Assembly (NCBI RefSeq): GCF_964204645.1
Contig: NC_134031.1
Span: 21,510,017-21,574,016 of the forward strand
Direction: 5' to 3'
Source: Tubulanus polymorphus
Taxonomy: Eukaryota; Animalia; Nemertea
Length of the DNA: 64,000 nucleotides
Part shown: positions 63,847-64,000 of the stretch, piece after piece
How positions within the stretch are numbered: the stretch's first letter is position 1
How the letters are laid out: each line of letters starts with the position of its first letter
The notes under the pieces: model-generated
What the model saw: only the letters and a program-made list of their open reading frames with translations
The model's database searches: none
Told to the model about the DNA's origin: nothing
Made by a program: the position numbers and the translations under genes

Positions 63847-64000
63847 GGACCGACGATTGCTCTCGGTTTCACCTCTATATCTCCGTGCTTTCCTGGCACT
63901 GGTCGGGGTTAGGTTTAGAGGTATAGGTTAGGGGAACCAATCAGAGTATCAATTAATGTTTTTGTGTTCTTCAGATTAACCCACCACAATTAATCGAGAG

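Larger units (their letters stand above)
62564..64000 (-). mobile_element. Head-to-tail array of a 335-bp non-autonomous tRNA-containing (SINE/retrozyme-like) element; units start at 62564, 62899, 63234, 63569 (337 bp) and 63906 (partial)
   Basis: Near-identical units, each with a tRNA-like A/B-box region and a terminal module homologous to the PLE 3' end. The telomere junction is the same as the PLE's. Confidence 0.85.

Overview
Eukaryotic chromosome-end-like window with (TTAGGG)n on the + strand, so the distal direction is to the right; probably an animal (inference). Positions 1-53974 are a satellite built from three diverged 102-bp monomers (306-bp trimer, 204-bp drop-out variants, kb-scale higher-order duplications). 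The satellite is cut mid-monomer and capped by 38 TTAGGG repeats. Next is an intact-looking Penelope-like retroelement (PLE) on the minus strand, 54199-61488: a 6341-bp unit plus a 949-bp partial tandem copy forming pseudo-LTRs. It carries ORF1 (helical N-terminus, Pro-rich linker, SGNH/GDSL hydrolase) and ORF2 (PLE reverse transcriptase, Cys linker, GIY-YIG endonuclease). The two ORFs are linked by a U_UUA_AAC -1 frameshift signal with a hairpin, and a minimal hammerhead ribozyme sits at the ORF1 start. About 180 TTAGGG repeats follow, then a tandem array (at least 4.3 copies) of a 335-bp tRNA-containing non-coding element. That element shares the PLE's structured, telomere-complementary priming module and joins the telomere repeats at the equivalent nucleotide. 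Candidate new system: a telomere-primed, endonuclease-bearing PLE plus a non-autonomous tRNA-derived partner, interleaved with telomerase-type repeats. All calls were made by eye; no searches or folding programs were run.
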